Below are positions 1-9,602 of a stretch of 59,353 nucleotides of DNA, piece by piece. The stretch is from Candidatus Nanohaloarchaea archaeon. Its GTDB lineage: Archaea; Nanohalarchaeota; Nanosalinia; Nanosalinales; Nanosalinaceae. Location of the stretch: NCBI GenBank assembly GCA_047617745.1, contig JBLGBN010000003.1:1-59353 (forward strand). The letters are read 5' to 3'. The translations under genes were made by a program, and so were the position numbers. The notes under the pieces were generated by a model. That model ran no database searches. It had not been told where the DNA came from and was given only the letters and a program-made list of their open reading frames with translations. Within the stretch, counting starts at the first letter, position 1. Each line of letters starts with the position of its first letter.

Positions 1-621
1 GCGGAGGTTGCAGAAGTATACAAGTTAGAGCTCACGGTCAAAGTCCCTGAAGGAATGACAGAGGAAGACCTTGCAAGACCGGTTGTACAGATACAGGAGC
101 TGGAGAACAGCAAACCGGTATACGAGATATACACATATGGTGAAGAAACAGTTGTCATACCTGTCGATGACGAGAAAAGGGAGTCAAGCGCCCGGAAACT
201 CGCAAAGAAACAGCTGATGCATGAACTTTCAGGAAGAGTTGATAACCCCGAAATCGAGTTCATATCCGATGAGCACATCCGGTTGATGGTTGACGAGGAT
301 GAGATCTCCCACGTTATCGGCTCTGGTGGAGAGAATATTGATCGACTGGAGGATGAACTTGGACTTAATATAACAGTGGAGCCGAAGAGCAAGACGTTGA
401 AGAACGGGATCGACTTCCAGGTAGAGGAACGCGGCAACTCGCTGATCATCGATGTTGGAACCGAAAACTCTGGTGAAGACGTCGACGTGTACGACGGCGA
501 TGAGTTTCTTTTCACGGCGACAGTCGGGAAAAACGGAGAAATCTCCCTGACCAAGAACTCGGATCTCGCGGGAAGGGTTCTCGGAAGTTATGAAGCTGGA
601 AAGCTTGATGTGAAGATTTAA
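1..621 (+). CDS. PINc/VapC-ATPase with C-terminal KH domain (PINA-type), 3' part; begins before the window
   Basis: Frame open from base 1 (AEVAEVYKLELTVKVPEGMTEEDLARPVV...YEIYTYGEETVV). KH GxxG motif VIGSGGENIDRLE. Confidence 0.85.
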   Translation, partial: AEVAEVYKLELTVKVPEGMTEEDLARPVVQIQELENSKPVYEIYTYGEETVVIPVDDEKRESSARKLAKKQLMHELSGRVDNPEIEFISDEHIRLMVDEDEISHVIGSGGENIDRLEDELGLNITVEPKSKTLKNGIDFQVEERGNSLIIDVGTENSGEDVDVYDGDEFLFTATVGKNGEISLTKNSDLAGRVLGSYEAGKLDVKI

Positions 622-707
622 ACATCAGAGATATTTCTTGAAGCCCTACGTATCAGAGCGGTCCCAGCGATAGAAATTTTAAAAAACGAGTCTGAGAATT
701 TGTCTTT

Positions 708-1391
708 ATGGCTATTGACCTGGACGATCTCGATGATGAGGCAAAAGAAGAACTAGTTAAAAACGCAAAAAATGAGGAAAGGAAGGAGAGAATTGAAAAA
801 CAGGAAAACTATGAGTTTGATGACAGAGTTTTCGAAGGGTTAAGAGATACGACCCATTCTAACTATGGATCTTTCCACAGCCAGGTTGCGCGTGATGAAT
901 CAGACACAGAACATATGAGAAAAAATCCTACAGATTACATCAAAGAGAGCAGAGACAAAACTAAAGATGGAGGCAGTAAAATGTATTCGGCTCTCCAGAT
1001 CGCTGAAGACACAGTGCCCAGAGATATCAGCCGGCGTGATGACGATATGGGGCCTTTCTACCGAGCCAGAGATCAGTATGCAAGGGAAAATGATGTTAGT
1101 AAAGACGAGGCTGAAGAACAGATAAAAGAGATGATAAGCAGAGGAGTATCCGAAGAAGACGATGTAGAAGATCAGAAAGATGTCGTTGAATACGCTATAA
1201 AGGGCGTTGCCGGTCAAATCAGAGATAAGCTTGATGCCAGCGATGAAGTGATTGGTTTCACACGGGAAGAGCTCCAGGAAATGGACAGTATTTCAGACGA
1301 TTACTTTACCGGAGAGACAGAGTCAGGGAGCGAGTACGAAATTAGAGGAAACAAATTCTATGCTGCAAAAGATGACTTGATGGACGAATAA
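708..1391 (+). CDS. hypothetical acidic protein
   Basis: 227-aa ORF with halophilic composition, AT-rich TATA-like box upstream, 1 nt from the next gene. Confidence 0.7.
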   Translation: MAIDLDDLDDEAKEELVKNAKNEERKERIEKQENYEFDDRVFEGLRDTTHSNYGSFHSQVARDESDTEHMRKNPTDYIKESRDKTKDGGSKMYSALQIAEDTVPRDISRRDDDMGPFYRARDQYARENDVSKDEAEEQIKEMISRGVSEEDDVEDQKDVVEYAIKGVAGQIRDKLDASDEVIGFTREELQEMDSISDDYFTGETESGSEYEIRGNKFYAAKDDLMDE

Positions 1392-1392
1392 C

Positions 1393-3228
1393 ATGGAAAA
1401 AGCGCAGGTCGACGACTTAAGGGATCTATTCCAGCCGTTGATAAACGATCTGGGAGATGTCCTCAAGTCGATTCTTCTAACAGGATCCGCTGTAAGAAAG
1501 GAGAGGGTAGAAGGATCCGATATCGACCTGATAATCCTCTTGGATGATCACTCAGACAAGTTTTCCCGGAAGCATCTGAAACTGACAGAAGTCATTGTCC
1601 AGGGGATTGAAGAGGAGGCGGAAGAAGACGGATACGGTCTTCACATCCAGCCGCCGAGAACTATATCTTCCTGGTACGAACTGCTTCTTGATGGACAGCC
1701 ATGGGCTGTTACCTCAATGAGATATTCTCAAGCAGTTTACGATCCTGACAGCTTCCAGAAGACAATGAGTTCTGTAATAGCCTCTACACCGCCTTCATCA
1801 GAAAAGTCTCGGGCTAAAAAGCTGCTTGCCCAGGCTCAGGGTGATATTAAAGACGCAGATAACAAGCTCAGAGAGGAAACTCTTGGCAAGATGGCAGAGG
1901 CGATTTACCAACTTCTTTCAGCTGTACTCAGGCTTAGGGGTATAAAGCATGTTGAGAAAGATAAGGCAGCGCAAAAATTCAGGGAGGAAATAAATGAAAA
2001 CAGTCTTGAAAAAGAACTTGAGCTGTACGAACGGCTTCGCAGAATTCAGACTGAAATTGATTCAGGGGAAAGAGAGTTTGAACTTTCAGAGATCAGCTCT
2101 CTCCAGACCGAAGCAGAGGAGGCACTTGAGAACCTGGAGGATTATTTCTGGTCTGAAAAGGAAAAAGAGCACGAGAAGGTTGTAGAACAGGTGTTTGAAG
2201 AGATCAAGGAGTCCTGCAGAAAAGTCCTTGAAGACTATGAAATAGATTTTAATGAAGATAACACTCTCGAAGTATTTGAACAGGAAATAATAGATGAAGG
2301 AATCATCAGCCGGGAGTACTGGGATTTCATCCAGAGCGTGAAGCAGAAAAAGAGAAATTCTGAAGAGGTACAGAAAGATGGTGTATACCGCCCGATGGTG
2401 CAGCTGAAGGATTTTGAAACCGCAGTCGAAAACGTGACCTCCAACGATTTCTACAGAACATTCAGTCTGGAAAACGAAGACTTGAAGGCTCAGCTGACTA
2501 TAGTGAACGAATTCGAGAAGAAAGTCCTGGAAGAATTCGAGGAAAGAATAAAAGCAGTCTGGGTTCTAACGTTTGAAAACTTTCTCGAAACTAGCGATGC
2601 CAATGTAGTTCTTCTCTGGGACGACATTAACTACGAGATTAACGAGGAGGTAAGAGAGAGGTGCAACGAGATAGAATGGGGGATTGGCGAGGAACACAGC
2701 TTCAACATACACACAAGAATAGAGCCGATCACCGATTTCTGGCATAATTTACAGGATGGAGAGGCTGAAACCATTTCCGAGGTAAGAACCGCGATTATCA
2801 GTTATGACCCGAATGGTCTTATCGAGTCAACAGATAAACTGGTTGAATCAGGGGCTATCAGCGGTAACAAAACCGACATCATCGATATAGCTGAAGACTC
2901 TGAAAAACTGCTTGAACCAGGCCCGAAATCCCGGGAAGAAGCACTTACTAACTACTACAGAGCCTCGATAAAGCTAGGTCAAGCGGCTCTTCTGAATCAG
3001 AATATCTCGCCCCCAGTTCAGAAAAAGGTGCCGGAAACACTGGAAAAAAGCCTTTCCGGTCTTAAGCTCAGCAGTGATGATGTCAATCTGATAGAGGAAG
3101 TAATCAGGCTTTACAAAGAGGTCGAGTACGGCAACGTTGAGAAGATAGATCTAGAGAAACTGGAAGAAATCTCGTCACGGATCAAAAATGTAGAAAGAGC
3201 TACAGCTGAAACTGTTCAAGAGAAATAA
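1393..3228 (+). CDS. tandem nucleotidyltransferase (MNT) / HEPN-like fusion protein
   Basis: GS..R......SDIDLIILLDD Pol-beta NTase motif; second degenerate copy (IKAVWVL...SDANVVLLWDD); helical HEPN-like segments after each. Confidence 0.7.
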   Translation: MEKAQVDDLRDLFQPLINDLGDVLKSILLTGSAVRKERVEGSDIDLIILLDDHSDKFSRKHLKLTEVIVQGIEEEAEEDGYGLHIQPPRTISSWYELLLDGQPWAVTSMRYSQAVYDPDSFQKTMSSVIASTPPSSEKSRAKKLLAQAQGDIKDADNKLREETLGKMAEAIYQLLSAVLRLRGIKHVEKDKAAQKFREEINENSLEKELELYERLRRIQTEIDSGEREFELSEISSLQTEAEEALENLEDYFWSEKEKEHEKVVEQVFEEIKESCRKVLEDYEIDFNEDNTLEVFEQEIIDEGIISREYWDFIQSVKQKKRNSEEVQKDGVYRPMVQLKDFETAVENVTSNDFYRTFSLENEDLKAQLTIVNEFEKKVLEEFEERIKAVWVLTFENFLETSDANVVLLWDDINYEINEEVRERCNEIEWGIGEEHSFNIHTRIEPITDFWHNLQDGEAETISEVRTAIISYDPNGLIESTDKLVESGAISGNKTDIIDIAEDSEKLLEPGPKSREEALTNYYRASIKLGQAALLNQNISPPVQKKVPETLEKSLSGLKLSSDDVNLIEEVIRLYKEVEYGNVEKIDLEKLEEISSRIKNVERATAETVQEK

Positions 3229-3279
3229 GAAATTTCAGACATCCATAAATATATTTAACCGGTTACCGTAACTTTCCAT

Positions 3280-4443
3280 GTGAAACAGTTACAGGTCACA
3301 GTACCCGGAAAGTTCAAGGATGACGCGAAAGATATTCTCGAGGATTACTCCACTGATGTATCTGTTTCCGAGGCTGAGAAAGACGATGAAAAGGTCGTCG
3401 AGTTCCATGTAACTGTTGAATCTGATCAGATCGATGAATTATCGGAAGAATTAAAGGAAATTGAAGATCTCGGGTCAGGCGATTTAACTGTTAACGTTAT
3501 GAAGCAGGAGTCCCAGATCAAGAAAGGTCAGAAGACTCAGGGCAAGAGCTCGATTCTGTCGCAGGCAGAGATTTACAGTCAGGCCCAGGAGTCTGCAGTG
3601 TTTAACCGGGCTGAGTGGAGCCTTGTCGGGCTTTCAGCTGTGATAGCGACCTATGGTTTGATCGCGGACAACGTTATTGTTGTTATAGGTGCGATGATGG
3701 TTGCACCGATTCTATCGCCTTTCATCTCGGGAGCATTATCGCTGAATGTCGGGGATAAATCCCTTCTGAAGCAGTCGGTTAAGACCGGATCGCTAAGCTT
3801 TTTACTGGCGGTTCTTGCGGCTACTGTTGCTGCGCTTCCATTCCCTGTAAGCTGGAACTCCTCGCTAGCGCTTGTATCTCAACCGTCTATTGTCAGCGTT
3901 CTACTATCTATTTTCGTTGGAGCGGCTGCTGCATTGACTTTTGTCACCGGGATGAGGGATGAAATTGCAGGAGTAGCAGTTGCAATTGCCTTGATACCTC
4001 CTATAGCAAGTATTGGGATAGGCTTCAAGATGTTTGATCTCAGCCTGGTGGTGAATGCGTTCGCGGTTGCAGTAATGAACATGGTCTCGATCATCGCTTC
4101 AGGGTTTGTCTGCTTCCACCTGCTTGGGATAAGACCTTCAACATACTACAAGAAGAAACAGGCGGAGGAAATCAGATATGTAATCCCTCTGGCCTTGCTC
4201 GTTCTATCTGCACTAGCGGTTCCTGTAGCTTTTTCCTCATATGACAGTTACCAGGAATACACCCAGGAAGAGAATATCCGAAGTTTTGGAGAGGGTTTCT
4301 TCGGTGATAGACTTCTCTCATCAACTGTAGACGGAGACACCGCACATTTCTATGTTGTCGGAAATTACAGCGTCTCTGAGTTTGAAATGCAGAAACCTGA
4401 CGGCACGGATATACAGGTTACAAGGCTGCGGGAAGCAGGCTAA
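3280..4443 (+). CDS. TIGR00341/DUF389 family membrane protein
   Basis: VIGAMMVAP and GVAVAIALIPP motifs, multiple TM helices; GTG start. Confidence 0.85.
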   Translation: MKQLQVTVPGKFKDDAKDILEDYSTDVSVSEAEKDDEKVVEFHVTVESDQIDELSEELKEIEDLGSGDLTVNVMKQESQIKKGQKTQGKSSILSQAEIYSQAQESAVFNRAEWSLVGLSAVIATYGLIADNVIVVIGAMMVAPILSPFISGALSLNVGDKSLLKQSVKTGSLSFLLAVLAATVAALPFPVSWNSSLALVSQPSIVSVLLSIFVGAAAALTFVTGMRDEIAGVAVAIALIPPIASIGIGFKMFDLSLVVNAFAVAVMNMVSIIASGFVCFHLLGIRPSTYYKKKQAEEIRYVIPLALLVLSALAVPVAFSSYDSYQEYTQEENIRSFGEGFFGDRLLSSTVDGDTAHFYVVGNYSVSEFEMQKPDGTDIQVTRLREAG

Positions 4444-4473
4444 TTATTTAAAAAAGGATTTTTAAACCAACTT

Positions 4474-4830
4474 ATGGCTTTGGACCAAATTATTCTGGCC
4501 CTAAACACTGCAGGGACTTTAGCCATCGGAAGCATCTGTTTCTTCATCGTTTACACTACGTTTCGAGGGATTGAGGACGAGAAGATTCAGGAGTTTTCCA
4601 AAAGATTTCTGATGGCGATAGCAGTTCTTCTGCTGTATGTCTCGTACCTGATGGTGTATAACACCTTCTTCCAGGGCTCCACAATGGCTAGATACCCTCT
4701 ATACCTAGTACTTGTCGCTGTATTCCTCTACATGATCTATGCAGCTATGGCGTTTGAGAAAATTGCAAAGGAGTACGGAATATCTCAGGACAAGAAATTA
4801 GAGAAAATGGAGAGGGAAGAACTGGGTTAA
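4474..4830 (+). CDS. hypothetical membrane protein (about 3 TM)
   Basis: Three hydrophobic stretches in 118 aa. Confidence 0.7.
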   Translation: MALDQIILALNTAGTLAIGSICFFIVYTTFRGIEDEKIQEFSKRFLMAIAVLLLYVSYLMVYNTFFQGSTMARYPLYLVLVAVFLYMIYAAMAFEKIAKEYGISQDKKLEKMEREELG

Positions 4831-5990
4831 GGTTTTCTCTTATCTTTTTTCTTTCTAACTACAGCATTCAACTCGTTTAGAGCCTCATCCATTACTTCGA
4901 GCATATCCCAGCCTTCTTCCTCAATGTTTATGTTACCGAGTTCGGAGTAAAGCTTGAGTTCTATTTCCCACCGGTGCTTCTTGCCGTCTTTCTCTGCTTT
5001 CCGGAACCTGACTGTGATTTCTTCAGGTTTCTCAAGCTTTCTTCCAAGAGATCCTCTTAGCTGTGATTTGATCTTGTTGTGGACAGCTGCTTTCTCCTCC
5101 GGCACATCTAGACCTGTCAGTGATACCAGAACTGTTTCACCAGGTGCGAACTTCGACAGGTAGTCGATGAAGTCCTTGACAGTTACAATGGACTCAGGGT
5201 ATCCGCCGTCAGTGAAAACTATCTCGGTGGCGTTCTTCTGCTTCAGTTTCTCAGCAGCTTCTTTCGCTTCAATATGATCCTCCATGCTGAATGGGTCACG
5301 AGCCATTAGCTCCTTCACGGGGATGTCCGACATTTCCTCTTTCTCAATTCCTCCAGCAATATTGACTTCCTGTCGGCCTGACCTGTCACCCTTTGTGCCG
5401 CCAGAGTCGATGGAGTCGCGCGGCACCATAGCTCTCAGAAGATCGGTGCTCCTGAGAATTCCTGTAAGGTTCCCTTCCTCATCAATAACCGGGAGTCGGG
5501 AAAGATTTTTATCCAGCATCAGGTGTCTTGCCTTGTCCAGACTTGTGTCCTCCGAGACTTTCTCCAGGCTGTAGGAGTGGATATCACGGGTTGTGATGTT
5601 GTTGAGTTCGTCGACCTTCTCAAGTATATCCCGGAACTCTGTATCTCCGACCACACCCTTTAATTCGCTGTCTTCCGTGTCTACCAGCATTTTTCTGCCG
5701 GAGTTAACCCTCAGTTGTGTGAGATCAACAAGGCTTGAACCTTCTTTAATTTCAGGTGGCTGGTGCATCGCCTTCTCTATCTTTGTTCTCTCGGGATTGA
5801 ACTGAATATATCTTATCAGTTCCCGGTAACTTATCGCTCCTTCCAGATCGCCTTTTGAGTCAACAACCGGGATGGTCCTGAGTTCTTCCTCCTCCATCCG
5901 GTTTTTAATCTGTGCAAGATTTTCATCTGTCTGCGCTGTGACCGGTTCTTCATTTATGATATCCTTAGCAGGGATGTTTTCGACTTTCAT
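4827..5990 (-). CDS. CBS-domain protein with C-terminal HPF/RaiA-like ribosome hibernation domain
   Basis: Four CBS repeats (IPVVD..G.LEG; SRLPVIDEEGNLTGIL). C-terminal ...WEIELKL...EEEGWDMLEVMDEALNEL..VVRKKKDK resembles the HPF fold. ATG at 5990 is preceded by an AGGTGA SD. Confidence 0.75.
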   Translation of the reverse strand: MKVENIPAKDIINEEPVTAQTDENLAQIKNRMEEEELRTIPVVDSKGDLEGAISYRELIRYIQFNPERTKIEKAMHQPPEIKEGSSLVDLTQLRVNSGRKMLVDTEDSELKGVVGDTEFRDILEKVDELNNITTRDIHSYSLEKVSEDTSLDKARHLMLDKNLSRLPVIDEEGNLTGILRSTDLLRAMVPRDSIDSGGTKGDRSGRQEVNIAGGIEKEEMSDIPVKELMARDPFSMEDHIEAKEAAEKLKQKNATEIVFTDGGYPESIVTVKDFIDYLSKFAPGETVLVSLTGLDVPEEKAAVHNKIKSQLRGSLGRKLEKPEEITVRFRKAEKDGKKHRWEIELKLYSELGNINIEEEGWDMLEVMDEALNELNAVVRKKKDKRKP

Positions 5991-5998
5991 TTTTTGAT

Positions 5999-6502
5999 TC
6001 ACCTGTCGACAAGGAATTTCTCAGGTTTTTCGTCCATGTCGATGAAGTTGTCGGCTGCTTCTCTGATCTCCTTGGCGCTGGACTTACCGAAGCTCATGAC
6101 TTCTACTCTGCATCCAAGAGATTTCAGGTGGTCAACAAGGACTGCGAAGTCGCCGTCTCCTGTGACAAGTACAACTGTATCAAGTTTTTTGGCTTGTTGT
6201 ACCATGTCTACTGTCATGCCGAGGTCCCAGTCTCCTTTCTTCTGTCCGCCGTAGAACTCCTTGAGTTCTTTGGCTTTGACTTCGTATCCTATTCTTCTCA
6301 GTGCCTCAAAGAAGTCTTCCTCGTCAGGTGTATCCGCCTTGATAACGTACGCTGCTGCGCGAACAAGATTTCTGTTCATCACTGCGGCGTCGAGAAGTTT
6401 CTCGAAGTCTACTTTTCCATCATATAGGTTTTTTGCGCTGTAGTACATATTTTGGACGTCTACATAGACGCCTACTCTTTGATCGTCGTGTATATTTGTC
6501 AT
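5999..6502 (-). CDS. NYN domain protein (LabA/DUF88)
   Basis: VYVDVQNMY, KGDWDLGMTVD and LVTGDGDF motifs. Confidence 0.9.
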   Translation of the reverse strand: MTNIHDDQRVGVYVDVQNMYYSAKNLYDGKVDFEKLLDAAVMNRNLVRAAAYVIKADTPDEEDFFEALRRIGYEVKAKELKEFYGGQKKGDWDLGMTVDMVQQAKKLDTVVLVTGDGDFAVLVDHLKSLGCRVEVMSFGKSSAKEIREAADNFIDMDEKPEKFLVDR

Positions 6503-6578
6503 TTTACTAACTTACCTCTATTACGAGAAAATCGATTGAATAATCGATCCTTTTCAGTAAAAAAGACAGCTACGATAT

Positions 6579-7508
6579 TTAAAAGCCTATTCTCTCCATG
6601 AATTTTGGCTCGCCATGAAGATACATGTCAACGTAGAGTACCCCCATAAACTGGCGTACAAAGTAGTAAACCCCTACAAGCATTACTGCCTCAGGGGAGA
6701 CGTGTACAGCCAGGAAGAACGCAATCGCCACGTTTCGTGATGATGAAATAAATCCGATAGCCCGGGACTCTTTCTCATAGAATCCTGAAAGAATTCCCAG
6801 TACATGAGAGTATCCAAAGGTTAGAATACTGAAAGCGGCGAAGAGTAAAGCTGCTATAAGGAGCTGTGATACATAAATTACGCCATCTGCCTGAAGTATA
6901 AGTTTTGCCTGTACCAGCGTGATCAGTGTTATAAGCCAGAAAGCCAGTTTTGAGAAATGAATCCTCAAGTCCTCAATCAAGTTATTTTCATAGTTCTGTG
7001 TAACAATACCGATCAAGAATGGGGCGACCACAAAAACCATGTTCTCCATCATAAGCGTGTAATCAATTTCCAGAGGGAAAAGCAGGAGCAAAACCGGTAC
7101 AAAAACAAGTGAGGCAAAAATACTGAAAGTACCTGAATAAGAGGCTAGATCTCCATCTGCCTTAGCCATGTTCGACCATATCTTTGGCGAGCTTAAAGCC
7201 GCTCCCGAAGCACCAAGTACAAGGAAGACCTCTCCTATGTGTCCGGGAACAAAGGAGAAGATGTATGCGATCGCCGGCACCAGAGCATAGATGGCTATAA
7301 GTGACACGGAAAGCTGGCTGCCTTTATTCCTGATCGCTTTGAAAAACCCTAGATCCAGGTGCAGCCCTACAAGGAAAAACAGTGACGCCAGTAAAAAAGT
7401 GAACAGAACATTGGATAACACCTGGCCCGATATGAAATAAGATACTGCCCCCGCAGAAACAACGAGAAGGGCGAGCTCCAGATCGGTTTTCAGACCATGA
7501 AATGGCAT
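6579..7508 (-). CDS. bile acid:sodium symporter (BASS/ACR3-like) family transporter
   Basis: About 9-10 TM helices; LFFLVGLHL, AKADGDLA and SSRNVAIA segments. Confidence 0.7.
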   Translation of the reverse strand: MPFHGLKTDLELALLVVSAGAVSYFISGQVLSNVLFTFLLASLFFLVGLHLDLGFFKAIRNKGSQLSVSLIAIYALVPAIAYIFSFVPGHIGEVFLVLGASGAALSSPKIWSNMAKADGDLASYSGTFSIFASLVFVPVLLLLFPLEIDYTLMMENMVFVVAPFLIGIVTQNYENNLIEDLRIHFSKLAFWLITLITLVQAKLILQADGVIYVSQLLIAALLFAAFSILTFGYSHVLGILSGFYEKESRAIGFISSSRNVAIAFFLAVHVSPEAVMLVGVYYFVRQFMGVLYVDMYLHGEPKFMERIGF

Positions 7509-7578
7509 GGATGAAAATGGTCAAAGCCGGTTTATTAATCTACAAGCTTAATACATTTTGAGATCCAACTAACAGTTC

Positions 7579-7860
7579 ATATCTGCCTTCAAAGCCGAAG
7601 AAGAGTTCAAGAACCAGATTAAAAGTTACCTTAATGAAAATTACAGTGGCGGATTCGCGGTAGATGTCGAACTGGATTACGAGAATAGAATGTCCCGCGT
7701 AAGCGTTTTCTACAGTAGAAAAGAGGAGGAATTCACTGGAATAGGGCGATTTGTTGATGAAATAATAGAAGAACTGGGAATAGAAGAACCAAGTTCGGAA
7801 GCAGACTTTAATGAAGAAGATAACATTTACGAGATTTCAGTGCTAGATAGAGCCGTATAG
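7579..7860 (+). CDS. hypothetical acidic protein with apparent ATA start (not in ORF track)
   Basis: Open frame ISAFKAEEEFKNQIKSYLNENYSGGFAVDVELDYENRMSRVSVFY...EISVLDRAV* fills the intergenic gap. In-frame TAA at 7570-7572. TTAATA box about 27-32 nt upstream. Confidence 0.55.
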   Translation: MSAFKAEEEFKNQIKSYLNENYSGGFAVDVELDYENRMSRVSVFYSRKEEEFTGIGRFVDEIIEELGIEEPSSEADFNEEDNIYEISVLDRAV

Positions 7861-7886
7861 AGAAAAATTGTTAGAGGAGGAAGGGT

Positions 7887-8729
7887 TTATTCCCTTAACT
7901 CCATAATCTTCTCAAGGTTCTCGCTGTAGCCTTTTTCATCGTCGGCCGGAGTTTCAAGTATCATAGGTAGATTCTCAAGCTTCCCGGAGTTCACCACGTT
8001 TCTGAATCCTTCTTCCCCAATATTTCCTTCACCGATATGTTCGTGGTTGTCTTTCTCGCTCCCTTTCTCATCCTTTGAGTCGTTCAGATGGAGAACTTTC
8101 ACGGTTTCAAGCCCGAGATCCTCTTCGATCTCCTGTATAAAGTCCTGGAAACCGTCTTCTTCGCTTAGCTCGTATCCTGCTGCATGCGCATGACAGGTAT
8201 CGATGCAGACACCGATCTTCGAATCCGGGGTTTCTGCTTTCTCGATCATCTGTCTCAACTGTCCCATTGATTTACCTAGCGTTGTGCCTTTACCGGCTGT
8301 GTTCTCCAGAAGAAGTGTTACATTTTCAGGGATATCCAGTTCGTCGATTCCTTCGGCAATTCTTTCAATACCGTTCTCTACTCCCGAACCAGTGTGAGCC
8401 CCAGGATGGAAGACAACGTATTCAACTCCAAGCGTGGAAGCTGCGTCGAGCTCTGATTGCAGGCAGTCAAGGGATTTCTCGAAGAGATCGTCTTTCGGTG
8501 TTGCGAGGTTTACCAGATATGTCGAATGGATCACATACGGGTTCTGGTTTTGCTCATTTCGGGCTTCCTGGAAAGAATCTCCGTCCTTCTCAGAGTATTC
8601 GGAGACGCTCCAAGTTCTAGGCGATCCCGCGAATATCTGTCCACAGTTCCCTCCGATTTCTTCCTGTCTTTCAACCGCTTTTTCTACTCCGCCTGAAATC
8701 GATACGTGGGCTCCGATTCTGAATGTCAT
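7887..8729 (-). CDS. nfo: endonuclease IV (AP endonuclease)
   Basis: IGAHVSISGG, HSTYLVNLA, FHPG, LLENTAG, CIDTCH, HLNDSK and DNHEHIG motifs. Confidence 0.95.
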   Translation of the reverse strand: MTFRIGAHVSISGGVEKAVERQEEIGGNCGQIFAGSPRTWSVSEYSEKDGDSFQEARNEQNQNPYVIHSTYLVNLATPKDDLFEKSLDCLQSELDAASTLGVEYVVFHPGAHTGSGVENGIERIAEGIDELDIPENVTLLLENTAGKGTTLGKSMGQLRQMIEKAETPDSKIGVCIDTCHAHAAGYELSEEDGFQDFIQEIEEDLGLETVKVLHLNDSKDEKGSEKDNHEHIGEGNIGEEGFRNVVNSGKLENLPMILETPADDEKGYSENLEKIMELRE

Positions 8730-8817
8730 AGGTTCTGATTGAAGGCTTTAATTCAAAAACTCTTCCGTTTTTTCTGCAACGCGTTAAAAAGATTCACATG
8801 GGTAACTGTTACTGCCG

Positions 8818-9243
8818 ATGATCGGTGGAAAACTTGACAAAGTTGAGGAAATAAAGAACTATAGTTTCCAGGAAGAGTTTACCTCAAGAGCGGTAGTATC
8901 GCTTGAACCTGAAGAAAACCGGAGCTTGAAATACGGTTTACTTAATGTTACGGAGGACGCTACCGGAAAGGGAGAACTAGCCTACACCATAGAGGCGGAG
9001 GAGTATCCCGATCTGGAAATTTCGTTCCTGCTGCAGGATGTCCCTCAGAAGAGAATTAGATTTCTGGAAGCGGTTTCACAGGGTCATAGCTTTGATGTCT
9101 GGAGCAAATTTTACTCCGGAGATTACAACGATTCGCCTCTTGAAGAAAATATTATAGATGGGGGCTTCGGCGATGATCAACTACCGGAAGAATACAGGGA
9201 ATCTCTAAATGATTTCCTTCACGACGTGATCTGGGAGGAGTAA
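8818..9243 (+). CDS. hypothetical protein
   Basis: 141-aa acidic ORF. Confidence 0.65.
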   Translation: MIGGKLDKVEEIKNYSFQEEFTSRAVVSLEPEENRSLKYGLLNVTEDATGKGELAYTIEAEEYPDLEISFLLQDVPQKRIRFLEAVSQGHSFDVWSKFYSGDYNDSPLEENIIDGGFGDDQLPEEYRESLNDFLHDVIWEE

Positions 9244-9275
9244 ACGAGATAAAAACCAGGTTACAACCTATCATT

Positions 9276-9602
9276 ATGAGTATCTACGAAGATCTGAAAA
9301 ATCTGGAAGAAAAAATAACCGGTGAAGGTTATACGATTGACCGGTTCGAGGTACGTGAACGGGCAGATACCTACAGTGAGAGCGGAATAAACGGTAGAAC
9401 AGCGCAGAGGGCGGTCGGCAGGAACCCTCTAGAAGTGCTTGAGGACTGGAAAACCGTGGATAACCAGGACTACATAATCGAGGTATTTCTCACTGGCAGA
9501 AACCCGCTAGACAGGGTGCTTTACGATCCAGAGAAACAGGAAGCAGAGTACATCAGTTTCTCTAGCCAGGATCCCTCTCTAGAAGAGCTTCTGGAAGAAT
9601 GA
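9276..9602 (+). CDS. hypothetical protein
   Basis: 108-aa acidic ORF with ATGA overlap into the next gene. Confidence 0.65.
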   Translation: MSIYEDLKNLEEKITGEGYTIDRFEVRERADTYSESGINGRTAQRAVGRNPLEVLEDWKTVDNQDYIIEVFLTGRNPLDRVLYDPEKQEAEYISFSSQDPSLEELLEE

